The position numbers and the translations under genes were made by a program. 64,000 bases of DNA from Bacteroidales bacterium (GTDB lineage: Bacteria > Bacteroidota > Bacteroidia > Bacteroidales > UBA10428): NCBI GenBank assembly GCA_046481675.1, contig JAWOJJ010000147.1, positions 16,842 through 80,841 on the forward strand, given 5' to 3'. The notes under the pieces were generated by a model. It searched no databases and was not told the DNA's origin. It was given only the letters and a program-made list of their open reading frames with translations. How positions within the stretch are numbered: the stretch's first letter is position 1; each line of letters starts with the position of its first letter. Positions 40,919 to 52,218 of this stretch are shown here, piece after piece.

Positions 40919-41682
40919 AATCCGGATAACAACAATTTCTGAAGATCTTCAGGCGTATCAACGCCAAAACTTTCGTAAGTGGTAAGCCGCACTGCAATCC
41001 GGTAGCCGTTTTCAATCCACCGCAACTGTTCAAGTGATTCGGCAAGTTCAAGCGGCGACTGCGGTAATGCAGTGATTTCGGGAAGCACATCGCGCCGAAA
41101 GCCATATAAACCGATGTGTATGAAAAATTCATGCGCAGACAGCCATGAATCGCGATCAGTATTTCGTAGATAAGGTATGGTAGAACGACTGAAATAAAGG
41201 GCCTCCTGCCTGCCGCTGACCACCACCTTGGGGCGGTTGGGATCAAACAACTCGTCCTTTGAGGTTACTTTCTTAACCAGGGTAGCTATCTGTGTGTTTC
41301 GGCCGGAAAAGCATGATTTCAGCAATTCCAGCTGCACCGGCTCAATAAATGGCTCATCGCCCTGAACATTGAGTACCACATCAAAGTGCGCCGACTGCTC
41401 TCTTTCAGCAAGCACAGCGGCTTCGGCACACCTGTCGGTTCCGCTTTTATGTAAAGCCGAAGTCATTACTACTTTGCCTCCAAATTCCTTCACCGCGTTG
41501 AATATTCGCTCATCATCCGTTGCTACATATACGGTTTCCAGGGCTTTGGATGCCTGCTCATAAACACGCCTGATCATGGGTTTGCCATGAATTTCGGCAA
41601 GCGGCTTGCCGGGAAACCGGGACGATGCAAACCGGGCAGGAATAATTCCCAAATAACGAAGTGGTTGCTCCATTGAAAACAT
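40915..41682 (-). CDS. kdsB: 3-deoxy-manno-octulosonate cytidylyltransferase (CMP-Kdo synthetase)
   Basis: IIPARFASSRFPGKPLAEIHGKPMI N-terminal motif and NVQGDEPFI. The start may be ATG 41673. Confidence 0.9.
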   Translation of the reverse strand: MFSMEQPLRYLGIIPARFASSRFPGKPLAEIHGKPMIRRVYEQASKALETVYVATDDERIFNAVKEFGGKVVMTSALHKSGTDRCAEAAVLAEREQSAHFDVVLNVQGDEPFIEPVQLELLKSCFSGRNTQIATLVKKVTSKDELFDPNRPKVVVSGRQEALYFSRSTIPYLRNTDRDSWLSAHEFFIHIGLYGFRRDVLPEITALPQSPLELAESLEQLRWIENGYRIAVRLTTYESFGVDTPEDLQKLLLSGL

Positions 41683-41767
41683 GAATATTTGACAGATGCA
41701 AATTACAAAAATTCCATTAATATTGTAATTTTGTCAGATATTCAATTGGAAAGCCCTGGGTTGAAAC

Positions 41768-43006
41768 ATGGAAAGACCTGATATTGTTAAAATAAAACAA
41801 CGATTTGGAATTATTGGAAATTCTCCGGGATTGAACCGGGCCATTGATATTGCCGTGCAGGTAGCGCCTACCGATCTTTCGGTATTGATTACCGGTGAAA
41901 GCGGTGTGGGTAAGGAAGTGTTTCCGCAGGTTATTCACCAGTACAGCTCACGAAAGCATGGAGCATATATAGCAGTAAACTGCGGCGCCATACCTGAAGG
42001 CACTATTGACTCGGAACTTTTCGGACACGAAAAAGGGTCCTTTACCGGGGCTTATGAGAGCCGTAAGGGTTATTTTGAAGTGGCCCACGGTGGTACCATA
42101 TTTCTGGATGAGGTCGCGGAACTTCCTTTGTCGACACAGGTAAGGCTGTTGCGCGTACTTGAAACCGGGGAATTCATGCGGGTAGGTTCGTCCAATATGA
42201 TCAAAACCAATGTCCGGGTCATTGCTGCAACCAATGTTGATGTAACTTCGGCCATTCAGCATGGTAAGTTCCGCGAAGACCTGTTTTACAGGTTGAGCAG
42301 CGTACCGGTGGAAATACCATCCCTGCGCAAGCGCAAAGAAGATATCCCGCTGCTCTTCAGGAAATTTGCTGTTGATTTTGCCGATCGCAACCGGATGCCC
42401 TCCATATCACTCACAGAAGACGCACTGGAAGTGCTTATGAATTACCGTTGGCCCGGTAATATCCGTCAGTTGAAGAACATAGCCGAGCAGATTTCGGTAA
42501 TCGAAGAAAAGCGGGTTATTACTGCAGATGTGCTGCGTTCCTATCTGCCTGATTATTCAGAAACCAAGCTTCCTGCTGTTTTTGACTCCCTTGACAGGCA
42601 GACCTTCGCCACGGAAAGGGAAATCCTTTACAAAATTCTTTTCGATATGCGCAATGACATGAACGATCTCAAGCAATACGTTCATAAAAACATCAACAAG
42701 ATGCCTTCCGAAACGGAGGCTCATGCTTCCGGAACCCATGTGATTCCCAAATTCGTGCATGATGTGGAACCCATCATTCCGGAAGACAAGCAGACCAAGA
42801 AATTTGATATCACCCGTGATACAATTGATGATATTGAAGATACGCAAGAAATAGTTGAAGAATCACTGTCGCTTTCCGACAAGGAAATTGAACTGATCCG
42901 AAAAGCCCTGGAAAAACATGGAGGCAAACGCAAGTATGCTGCCAGTGAACTGGGTATTTCTGAAAGAACTCTTTACAGGAAAATCAAAGAATTTGATATT
43001 GAGTAA
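41768..43006 (+). CDS. Sigma-54-dependent transcriptional activator (AAA+ EBP, no N-terminal sensory domain)
   Basis: Walker A GESGVGKE within the first 50 aa, ESELFGHEKGSFTGA (GAFTGA-type loop) and C-terminal Fis-type HTH AASELGISERTLYRKIKEF. Confidence 0.9.
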   Translation: MERPDIVKIKQRFGIIGNSPGLNRAIDIAVQVAPTDLSVLITGESGVGKEVFPQVIHQYSSRKHGAYIAVNCGAIPEGTIDSELFGHEKGSFTGAYESRKGYFEVAHGGTIFLDEVAELPLSTQVRLLRVLETGEFMRVGSSNMIKTNVRVIAATNVDVTSAIQHGKFREDLFYRLSSVPVEIPSLRKRKEDIPLLFRKFAVDFADRNRMPSISLTEDALEVLMNYRWPGNIRQLKNIAEQISVIEEKRVITADVLRSYLPDYSETKLPAVFDSLDRQTFATEREILYKILFDMRNDMNDLKQYVHKNINKMPSETEAHASGTHVIPKFVHDVEPIIPEDKQTKKFDITRDTIDDIEDTQEIVEESLSLSDKEIELIRKALEKHGGKRKYAASELGISERTLYRKIKEFDIE

Positions 43007-43009
43007 AGC

Positions 43010-43543
43010 ATGAACATGAAATCACCTTTTCACATCCTGTTGAAGCTGGCCGCTTTACTGACTGTCTGTCTGTGTTTGGCTTCCTGCTTTTCAATCAATT
43101 ACTCAACCAAAGGAGGTTATATACCCCCCGAAGCCAAAACCTTCTCGGTTCAGTATATCGAAAACCAGGCCCGGATTGTTGAACCAAATCTCAGCCAGGA
43201 ATTAACAGATAAACTGAAGGACTATCTTCAGGGAAACACCACACTTACCCTGGTAAACAGGGATGCCGATATTGATTTTGAGGCCGTGATCACTACCTAT
43301 GAACCCGATAAGCCCGTAGCTATTACATCAGGAGACGAGGCCGCCAAAAACCGCTTTACTATTGGAGTTAAGGTAAAAATGACCTGTGTGGTAAAGCCGG
43401 AAATTGACTTTGAGAGCAGTTTCACCAGGTATGAAGACTACAGCTCATCCGAGAATTTTGAAAGCCTCAGGGCAGATTTGACCACGAAGATGCTGGAACT
43501 GATTTTGGATGATATTTACAAGAAAGCTTTTGTAAACTGGTAA
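43010..43543 (+). CDS. lptE: LptE-like LPS-assembly lipoprotein
   Basis: 177 aa with lipobox CLASC. Its conserved position after the sigma-54 activator and before secG matches Bacteroidota synteny. The call is mostly by synteny. Confidence 0.55.
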   Translation: MNMKSPFHILLKLAALLTVCLCLASCFSINYSTKGGYIPPEAKTFSVQYIENQARIVEPNLSQELTDKLKDYLQGNTTLTLVNRDADIDFEAVITTYEPDKPVAITSGDEAAKNRFTIGVKVKMTCVVKPEIDFESSFTRYEDYSSSENFESLRADLTTKMLELILDDIYKKAFVNW

Positions 43544-43545
43544 CC

Positions 43546-44514
43546 ATGCAGAAATCAGAAATATTCAAATATCTGAGACATCCAGAGCGCCTCAACACCG
43601 AATCGCCTGAAAAAATGAAGAAGATCAGGGATTTATACCCTTATTTCCAAACAGCTCATCTTTTCGCACTTAAAACGAAATTTCTGGCAGGCGATGCAAG
43701 CTGCCAGGCTGAAATTGAATCCACGGCAGCCTATGTTCCTGACCGGATGGTATTGTACAACCTGCTTTATCCGCTTGCCGTTGAAACCAACGATGCCGTG
43801 GGAAGCGACGATACCGTGGAGACCGATATTGAAGCAAAGACAGATCAACCGGTTACAGAATTCCCTGAAGCTCAGGCGCCTCCGGTGGAAGCAGCAATTG
43901 CAGATGCCCCGGCAGCAGAAGATCCGGTAATGGAACAACCCGTTTCGGCGCCTGCTGAGATTCCGGCTGAACACGCTGCCGCCACAACTACATTACGTGA
44001 TAATATTGCGCATCTGCTTTCGGGGCAACTTGAGGAACTTGAACTGATAGACCCGTCAGAAGCGGAGCTGGTTCCCGAAATATCCCTGGACATCGAAAAA
44101 ACCTATGGAAATAAGGAAGATGCGCCTGCCGGTGATGCACCGCAGGATGACCCGGATTTCTTTACGCTGGAATCAGACCATGAGCCCGCTGAAACAGATC
44201 CTGTACCAGACGAAAATGAGATGAAGGAAGAGCAGAAGACCGCTGATAAAAAGGAACTGATCGACCGGTTTATTGAGACCAGCCCAAGAATTCAACCGAA
44301 GAAAGATGACCAGCCCCAGGTAGATATTTCAGAAGACAGTGTCAAGGAACATGATGGCATTTTTACCGATACACTCGCCAGGATATATGTTAAACAGGGC
44401 TATTACAGCAAGGCCATCTTTGCTTATGAAAAATTAATTTTGAAATATCCGGAAAAAAGTGATTACTTTGCGGGTCAGATTGAAGAAATAAAAAAGTTAA
44501 AGAACAAACAGTAA
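43546..44514 (+). CDS. Hypothetical protein with acidic low-complexity centre and C-terminal TPR-like motif
   Basis: 322 aa with a Pro/Ala/Glu/Asp-rich central region and the C-terminus YVKQGYYSKAIFAYEKLILKYPEKSDYF. Confidence 0.5.
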   Translation: MQKSEIFKYLRHPERLNTESPEKMKKIRDLYPYFQTAHLFALKTKFLAGDASCQAEIESTAAYVPDRMVLYNLLYPLAVETNDAVGSDDTVETDIEAKTDQPVTEFPEAQAPPVEAAIADAPAAEDPVMEQPVSAPAEIPAEHAAATTTLRDNIAHLLSGQLEELELIDPSEAELVPEISLDIEKTYGNKEDAPAGDAPQDDPDFFTLESDHEPAETDPVPDENEMKEEQKTADKKELIDRFIETSPRIQPKKDDQPQVDISEDSVKEHDGIFTDTLARIYVKQGYYSKAIFAYEKLILKYPEKSDYFAGQIEEIKKLKNKQ

Positions 44515-44525
44515 ATCAATACAAT

Positions 44526-44870
44526 ATGTACGGACTTATCATTGGCATTATTCTTTTTGCAAGCATATTACTAATTCTCGTAGTGCTGGTTCAGAATCCC
44601 AAAGGCGGAGGACTGGCCTCCAGCTTTTCTTCATCGAACCAGTTTATGGGGGTAAAGCGCACCACAGAATTCATTGAAAAAGCAACCTGGGGCCTGGCTG
44701 CCGGGTTATTGCTGCTGAGTGTTCTGGCTACCATGCTTCCCCGCGAAACCGAGGCTCAAAGAGAATCAAGGATCAAAGACCAGATTGAAAACACAGCAGT
44801 TGATCCTGAAAGAATGCCGGCTTATCCTACTGCACCTCCGGCTACCCAGCCTGAAGAAGGTCAGGAATAA
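44526..44870 (+). CDS. secG: Preprotein translocase subunit SecG
   Basis: 114 aa with two TM helices and LVQNPKGGGL motif. Confidence 0.85.
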   Translation: MYGLIIGIILFASILLILVVLVQNPKGGGLASSFSSSNQFMGVKRTTEFIEKATWGLAAGLLLLSVLATMLPRETEAQRESRIKDQIENTAVDPERMPAYPTAPPATQPEEGQE

Positions 44871-44939
44871 AGGCAGCCACAGGCAGGCCAAGCTAATTGT
44901 AATCGCCACTGCCAGGTAAAGACGCTTGAGGAAAAAAAA

Positions 44940-44973
44940 GTGTCAGTATGTCATAATTACTGACACTTTTTTT
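44940..44973. terminator. Bidirectional-looking terminator after secG
   Basis: GTGTCAGTA...TACTGACAC stem flanked by A8 upstream and T7 downstream. Confidence 0.7.
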
Positions 44974-45175
44974 ATTTCCGTGAAATCTGACACAACCTTA
45001 ATAATATATTGATCTTCTGACAATTATTAGCGTATCTTTACTGCACGATGTTTTTTGCGGCTGAAAATATGTCAACCCTGTGCCCTGCAAAATGAACAAA
45101 AGTGCCTTTGGCATGGAATTCGATAAACAGCCTGCGGCCAATCACATGAAGTTTAACTCTAAAATCAAATATAAA

Positions 45176-47115
<1,940 letters not shown>

Positions 47116-47125
47116 TAACAAAAAA

Positions 47126-47152
47126 CCCCCGCACATTTGCGGGGGTTTTTTT
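47126..47152. terminator. Rho-independent terminator after groEL (bidirectional)
   Basis: CCCCCGC-acattt-GCGGGGG followed by T7 and preceded by A6. Confidence 0.85.
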
Positions 47153-47163
47153 ATGGATAGTCT

Positions 47164-47235
47164 GTACGGACAGGTCGCGACCTGTCCGTACGCGACCTGT
47201 CCGTACGCGACCTGTCCGTACGCGACCTGTCCTTA
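47164..47235. repeat. 28-bp perfect palindrome whose right arm is reiterated 4x (15-bp period)
   Basis: GTACGGACAGGTCG|CGACCTGTCCGTAC (47164..47191), then G+CGACCTGTCCGTAC twice more and a fourth copy with one mismatch. The last unit overlaps the stop codon of the response regulator (47233..47235). Confidence 0.9.
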
Positions 47236-47922
47236 CGATTCAATCAATTTAAATCCCTTCCCGTGTACATTGATGATCTGCACCCTCGGATCGTCTCTCA
47301 GGTACTTTCTCAGCTTGGCAATATAAACATCCATACTGCGTGCATTGAAGTAATTGTCATCCACCCATATGGTCTTTAGCGCAAAATTCCTGTCGAGCAC
47401 CATATTCTTATTCGCACACAATAACTTCAACAGATCGGCTTCCTTGGTGGTGAGCTTTTGCTCGTCTTTTCCAAACTTCAGGAGCTGGGTATTCGGCAAG
47501 AACATATAATCGCCAATCTTATATTCATTTTGATGGGCCCCGGTGGCATCCTTTTTCGTACGGCGTATCACGGCTTCAACCCTGAAAAGCAGTTCCTCCA
47601 TGCTGAAAGGTTTGCTGATATAATCATCAGCTCCCGCTTTGAAGCCTTCAATAACATCCTCCTTCAGCGACTTTGCGGTTAGAAAAATAATCGGAATCTC
47701 CGCGTTGGTCATTCGGATTTCCCTGGCCAGTGTAAGTCCGTCTTTTACAGGCATCATCACATCCAGGATACAAAGGTCATAATGGCTTTTTACAAAGCTC
47801 TTATAAGCCTTTTCTCCGTTAATAAACCAATCCGCATCATAGGATTTAACCAGGAGGTACTCTCTCAACAGCATCCCCAGGTTCTCATCATCCTCGGCAA
47901 GTAAAATTTTAATCTTTTGCAT
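47233..47922 (-). CDS. Response regulator transcription factor (OmpR/PhoB winged-helix type)
   Basis: Receiver domain (DDENLG...LDVMMP...K) plus a C-terminal winged-helix domain. It overlaps the kinase gene by 14 nt. Confidence 0.9.
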   Translation of the reverse strand: MQKIKILLAEDDENLGMLLREYLLVKSYDADWFINGEKAYKSFVKSHYDLCILDVMMPVKDGLTLAREIRMTNAEIPIIFLTAKSLKEDVIEGFKAGADDYISKPFSMEELLFRVEAVIRRTKKDATGAHQNEYKIGDYMFLPNTQLLKFGKDEQKLTTKEADLLKLLCANKNMVLDRNFALKTIWVDDNYFNARSMDVYIAKLRKYLRDDPRVQIINVHGKGFKLIES

Positions 47923-49390
47923 GGCGCAGTGTGTCTTTCATTGGTAAAAATATCTTAAAGGTACTTCCTTTATGCAACTCACTTTCAACCTCCACATACC
48001 CCTGGTGTGCTTCAACAATCATTTTCACATAACTCAATCCCAGTCCGAACCCTTTCACCGTGTGAACATTACCGGTAGGAACCCTGAAAAACTTTTCAAA
48101 GATACGCTTTTGATCATTACGGTTGATGCCGATACCGTTATCCGTTACGGCAATCATAAAGAATTCCATCTTGTTGCCGGTTTCCACCCTGATCTCGGGG
48201 TCCAGATTGCAATATTTGATGGCATTGTCCAGCAGGTTCGACATCACGTTGGTAATGTGCACCTGGTCTGCCTGCAACAAAAAACGCTCTGCCTGCAACG
48301 CAACGCTGATCTTACCGTTCCGGTTTTTAACCTGAATGGAAAAATTATCCACCACACCGCTGATTAACTCATGCATATTGACCTCGCCGGTCCTCAGCTT
48401 GATTTTGCCCCTGTCGAATACGGAGGTTTGTAAAACTTTCTCCACCTGATTTCCAAGTCTCCTGCACTCTTCGCTGATAATTTTAGATATCTGGCCCATG
48501 TTTTTGAGCTCAGTAGGAATTGATTTATCGCCCAGCATCTGCGAAGCCAGTGAGATGGTAGATATAGGGGTTTTCAACTCATGGGTCATGTTGCTGATGA
48601 AATCGCTGCGGATCTCTGATAATCTTTTCTGCCTGAACATGATGAACACGGTGAGGGCAAAGCTGACCAGGATCGTCAGGGTAAGCAACAATGAAGATCC
48701 CGCCAGATAGCTCAGTGAGCGGAACAGGAAGTCTTCCTTCTCGGGGAAGTAAATTTTGAGGTAACTGGAATGCGCGTATATGTCATTGGGAAAAAGCTGA
48801 ATGCTGTAATACTCAGCTTCGGCAAACGGATTGTAATGAGCAGAGTGGTACGCAGTATCGTTGTTCATGCGAAGAACTGCGTACTCGTAGGGCAAATCAA
48901 TTTGTGTATCCGTAAGCACCTTATGAATCACATTTTCCATCTCGGAGGCATTGATCCGGTCTTCAATCCGGGGCGAACCTGTAAACATGGAGGCCACAAT
49001 CCGGTCGACAAACAACCGCTGGTTATTCAGAAACTGCCGGGCTTCTCTTTTTCGTCTTTCTGTTAAATCGCTCAACTGATCCTCCCCTACTGCCAGCCCG
49101 GTATTTGCTACGCCAACCGGCTGCATGCCTGCAGAGTTACCGGTATCTGCAGGTGTCATATACATTAGGGAATCGGCAGAAAGCGGATTCAATAACCGGG
49201 AAGATATTTTGTTCACTTCAAGCCGCTCTATTTCATGCGTTATATCGATCATTGCACGGGTAATCAGCTGGTCAAACTGCTTTTCCTTAACAAGAACGGC
49301 ATTCTTAATCCAATACGCCTGAACCAATAGCAAGGTCGCCATTGCCAAACCCATGAACACGGTAACAATCCAAATGATTCTTTTGCTCAT
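47909..49390 (-). CDS. Sensor histidine kinase
   Basis: Two TM segments, H box SNMTHELKTP, N box LLDNAIKY, G1 DNGIGI and G2 GFGLGLS. Start MSKRIIWIV at 49390 is preferred. Confidence 0.85.
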   Translation of the reverse strand: MSKRIIWIVTVFMGLAMATLLLVQAYWIKNAVLVKEKQFDQLITRAMIDITHEIERLEVNKISSRLLNPLSADSLMYMTPADTGNSAGMQPVGVANTGLAVGEDQLSDLTERRKREARQFLNNQRLFVDRIVASMFTGSPRIEDRINASEMENVIHKVLTDTQIDLPYEYAVLRMNNDTAYHSAHYNPFAEAEYYSIQLFPNDIYAHSSYLKIYFPEKEDFLFRSLSYLAGSSLLLTLTILVSFALTVFIMFRQKRLSEIRSDFISNMTHELKTPISTISLASQMLGDKSIPTELKNMGQISKIISEECRRLGNQVEKVLQTSVFDRGKIKLRTGEVNMHELISGVVDNFSIQVKNRNGKISVALQAERFLLQADQVHITNVMSNLLDNAIKYCNLDPEIRVETGNKMEFFMIAVTDNGIGINRNDQKRIFEKFFRVPTGNVHTVKGFGLGLSYVKMIVEAHQGYVEVESELHKGSTFKIFLPMKDTLRHAKD

Positions 49391-49601
49391 GAGACAAATA
49401 TAGGATTCATAACTTTGTGCCCGTAAGCTTTTTAACAATCTTTAACAGTTATTGGACTTTGTTAACCGGTAGTTGTGCTAACTTAGCTAAAGCAAACAAA
49501 TAGCAGTTGATTACATCATAATTTTCTTCCCCGAAAACGTTGTTACCAACAGCTCAATTTTAGGTTATCAGGTTAAACAGTAGTGGTTAGGGTTAAACAA
49601 G

Positions 49602-49624
49602 GCCCCGTCAGTGACGGGGCTTTT
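49602..49624 (+). terminator. Orphan terminator-like hairpin in a divergent intergenic region
   Basis: GCCCCGTC-agtg-ACGGGGC followed by TTTT. No annotated + strand gene lies upstream of it. Confidence 0.5.
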
Positions 49625-49724
49625 GAATATTATAAAAGCCGCTCGTTTTTAGCATAATAATTGCATTCATTATGTATTTTTATATCCTGAATAAGTAACG
49701 GTGGCAGTATAAGGATGTAAACGG

Positions 49725-50531
49725 ATGAGACCTGAAGTAAGCAAAACGATTGATGAAATGGTTTTTGAGAACCGGAACAAGGAATATGGTTCCTACCGGC
49801 TCAGAAGACATTACCACAGAAGGGTTCTGGTCAGTTTTCTTATTGCAGTTTCTTTTATACTGATCATCTCACTGGGTTACTTCTGGTATGTTAATACAGC
49901 AGGTAATGCATCAGCCCTGCTTAATCCCACTACCAACCCTTACCTGAAAAGCGTAGATGGCTCATTGCTGAGCAAGGAAGAATTGGATGCCTATATGCGG
50001 CAGGCATCGGCTCCCGAAGAAAAACTTTTCGAAGAAACTTCAAATAACCAGCCTGACCCCATGCACAATTTCACGGTAACCGAAAATGCCGCGCAGGATT
50101 CGTTTATACCGCCGGAAGAAGTGAAGTCAAATACCGATGTAATTTCGGGTACCGAATCATTGGAAGACAGCGTGGTTTTCGGAGGGTATTTGTTTGGAGA
50201 TGGAACGAATGCCGGTTCAGGAGGATACCTCGACAAGCTTCCTGAATTTCCGGGTGGAATAGCCGCTGTTACCCGGTATCTTGAATTGAACGTATTCTAT
50301 CCGCCGCAAGCTGTCAGGCAGAAAATTCATGGCATTGTGCTGATCAGTTTTGAAGTGAACCGGATGGGCCTGGTTGATAACATCAAAATAGAAAGAAGTA
50401 TCAATCCGCTGGTGGATGCGGAAGCAGTGAAGGCCATAAAGGCCATGCCCCGCTGGAAGCCCGGTTTGCGTCACGGCCGCCCGATACCCGTTAAATTTGT
50501 GGTTCCGGTTAATTTTATGCCCATGAGTTGA
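49725..50531 (+). CDS. tonB: Energy transducer TonB
   Basis: N-terminal anchor and the C-terminal TonB domain PEFPGGIAAVTRYL...YPPQAVRQKIHGIVLISFEVN..G......I. Confidence 0.75.
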   Translation: MRPEVSKTIDEMVFENRNKEYGSYRLRRHYHRRVLVSFLIAVSFILIISLGYFWYVNTAGNASALLNPTTNPYLKSVDGSLLSKEELDAYMRQASAPEEKLFEETSNNQPDPMHNFTVTENAAQDSFIPPEEVKSNTDVISGTESLEDSVVFGGYLFGDGTNAGSGGYLDKLPEFPGGIAAVTRYLELNVFYPPQAVRQKIHGIVLISFEVNRMGLVDNIKIERSINPLVDAEAVKAIKAMPRWKPGLRHGRPIPVKFVVPVNFMPMS

Positions 50532-50610
50532 ATGATGCAATCAGAATTCATATATTTTTGTAGCCTTTAGGAATTTTTTACGTTAAACTGTTGAACAGAA
50601 AATTTGGTTT

Positions 50611-51303
50611 ATGATAAATTGCATGTTGTTGTTTGCCCAGGAAGCCTCCGCAGAATTTGCCATGGAAATGACTAAAACCGGCGGGTCTGCAGGTGAGATT
50701 AATTTCCTCACCATGTTCATCAAAGGTGGTTACATCCTCATCCCCATTGTACTTCTTTCATTTGTTGCCGTCTACCTGATCATCAAAAAATACCTTGACA
50801 TCAGAAGATTCCTGACTATCGATCCGGGATATGTGGCCTATTTCAATGACCTGCTCAGAAAGGGCGATATGAAAGCCGTTGCGGAACACCTGGGAAATGA
50901 CGACACCTCATATGCGAACATTTTCAGGCGCGTGATCGGAAAAATCGGTAAACCTGCCGAGGAAATCGAAAGCACACTGGAATCGGCAAGCAACATCGAG
51001 ATTGCCAGGGTAAGCAAACATCTCGGCTACCTGGGACTTATCGCAGGTATTGCGCCTATGCTCGGATTTATAGGAACCATATCGGGTATCATCAAAATCT
51101 TTTACAACATTTCCCTTACCGACAACATCAGCATCGGGATCATCTCCGGAGGTCTTTATGAAAAGATGATCTCGAGCGGCAGCGGACTTATCGTGGGCAT
51201 CATAGCGTTTACCGGGTACCACGTCCTGAATATGAGAATTGACCATTTCATATCGCAGGTTGAAGAAGAAGCATTTGAATTTATGAATATTGTCAGTCGT
51301 TAA
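50611..51303 (+). CDS. exbB: MotA/TolQ/ExbB proton-channel protein
   Basis: 230 aa with three TM helices and the LGLIAGIAPMLGFIGTISGII segment typical of ExbB/TolQ. Confidence 0.85.
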   Translation: MINCMLLFAQEASAEFAMEMTKTGGSAGEINFLTMFIKGGYILIPIVLLSFVAVYLIIKKYLDIRRFLTIDPGYVAYFNDLLRKGDMKAVAEHLGNDDTSYANIFRRVIGKIGKPAEEIESTLESASNIEIARVSKHLGYLGLIAGIAPMLGFIGTISGIIKIFYNISLTDNISIGIISGGLYEKMISSGSGLIVGIIAFTGYHVLNMRIDHFISQVEEEAFEFMNIVSR

Positions 51304-51306
51304 TCC

Positions 51307-51711
51307 ATGAAAATAAAAAGAAAACATGAATTCAAACCCGAGGTAGCAACTGCCTCCCTGAATGACATCATGTTTTTTCTGTTGTTGTTCTTTCTGATTG
51401 TGTCTACTTTTGCCAATCCGCATGTAATCCGGTTGTTCCTGCCCAAGGCCAATTCAAGTCAGACTATTGCCAAAAAGCAGATCACGCTTTCCATTACACG
51501 GAAAAAGCTCTATTATATCGATGAGAAACCTGTTCTTTACCAGGACCTGGAATCGGAATTATCCGGCATCAAATCCGGACTGCCTGATGTAACTATTGTT
51601 GTGCGCGCTGATGGCACGCTGACCATACAGGACCTGGTAGATGTGCTTCAGATCGGAAGCAACCTGGATATCAAAATGATTCTGGCCACTGAAAAGAAAG
51701 GTGGAAATTAA
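51307..51711 (+). CDS. exbD: Biopolymer transport protein ExbD/TolR
   Basis: 134 aa with an N-terminal LNDIMFFLLLFFLIVSTF anchor and a periplasmic domain, directly after exbB. Confidence 0.85.
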   Translation: MKIKRKHEFKPEVATASLNDIMFFLLLFFLIVSTFANPHVIRLFLPKANSSQTIAKKQITLSITRKKLYYIDEKPVLYQDLESELSGIKSGLPDVTIVVRADGTLTIQDLVDVLQIGSNLDIKMILATEKKGGN

Positions 51712-51713
51712 CC

Positions 51714-52157
51714 CTATTCATGAAATAGCTGCCCGATGTTTTTAATCTTGCCGGGCTGCAACACAAAAAGGGCCGATATGATGGTTATTGATTTCACCTC
51801 TTTGATGATCAGGTTGAAATCGTCTTCCGTCAACTCCCCGATAATCTGAATGATAAAGTCCATATTTCGGATCTCGGGAAAAAGAATCCCGTCGGGACAA
51901 CGGTTTGAAAACAGGTAATACTTCAGGTACCGGTCTTCGTCTTCAAAAAAGAACCGGCTGAATTCCAAATCAGCACCTTGCTTTTTGTTGTGCATAATCA
52001 GGTTGCCAATTCTTACAAATTTCATTTTCAGCTGGTTGTTAATTGCCCATACCAGCCTGTAATCATTCTCGTGTGAAGATATCCCGATCAGCCTGTAATT
52101 GAAATCTTCCTCAACCTTGAGTTTGAGTGTTTTCTTTTCTGTTTGTCCTGATTTCAT
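51714..52157 (-). CDS. IPExxxVDY family protein
   Basis: 147 aa with LIGISSHENDYRLVWAIN. FPEIRNMDF aligns with the family-name motif. Its position downstream of rnc is the conserved one. Confidence 0.55.
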   Translation of the reverse strand: MKSGQTEKKTLKLKVEEDFNYRLIGISSHENDYRLVWAINNQLKMKFVRIGNLIMHNKKQGADLEFSRFFFEDEDRYLKYYLFSNRCPDGILFPEIRNMDFIIQIIGELTEDDFNLIIKEVKSITIISALFVLQPGKIKNIGQLFHE

Positions 52158-52218
52158 GTGAATTGTTAAGCAGGCCTAAAGTTATGAAAAAGCTTTCATA
52201 CAAACTCAGTTTACCTGG

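Noticed and set aside
44974-45175. CIRCE or sigma-32-type heat-shock control element upstream of groES
   Set aside because: I could not find the CIRCE inverted repeat (TTAGCACTC-N9-GAGTGCTAA) or a convincing heat-shock promoter. Only CTGACA-like short repeats are present, and they are not interpretable without comparison.
50908-51423. 171-aa minus-strand ORF spanning the exbB/exbD junction
   Set aside because: It crosses the boundary of two well-supported plus-strand genes and shows no recognisable features.
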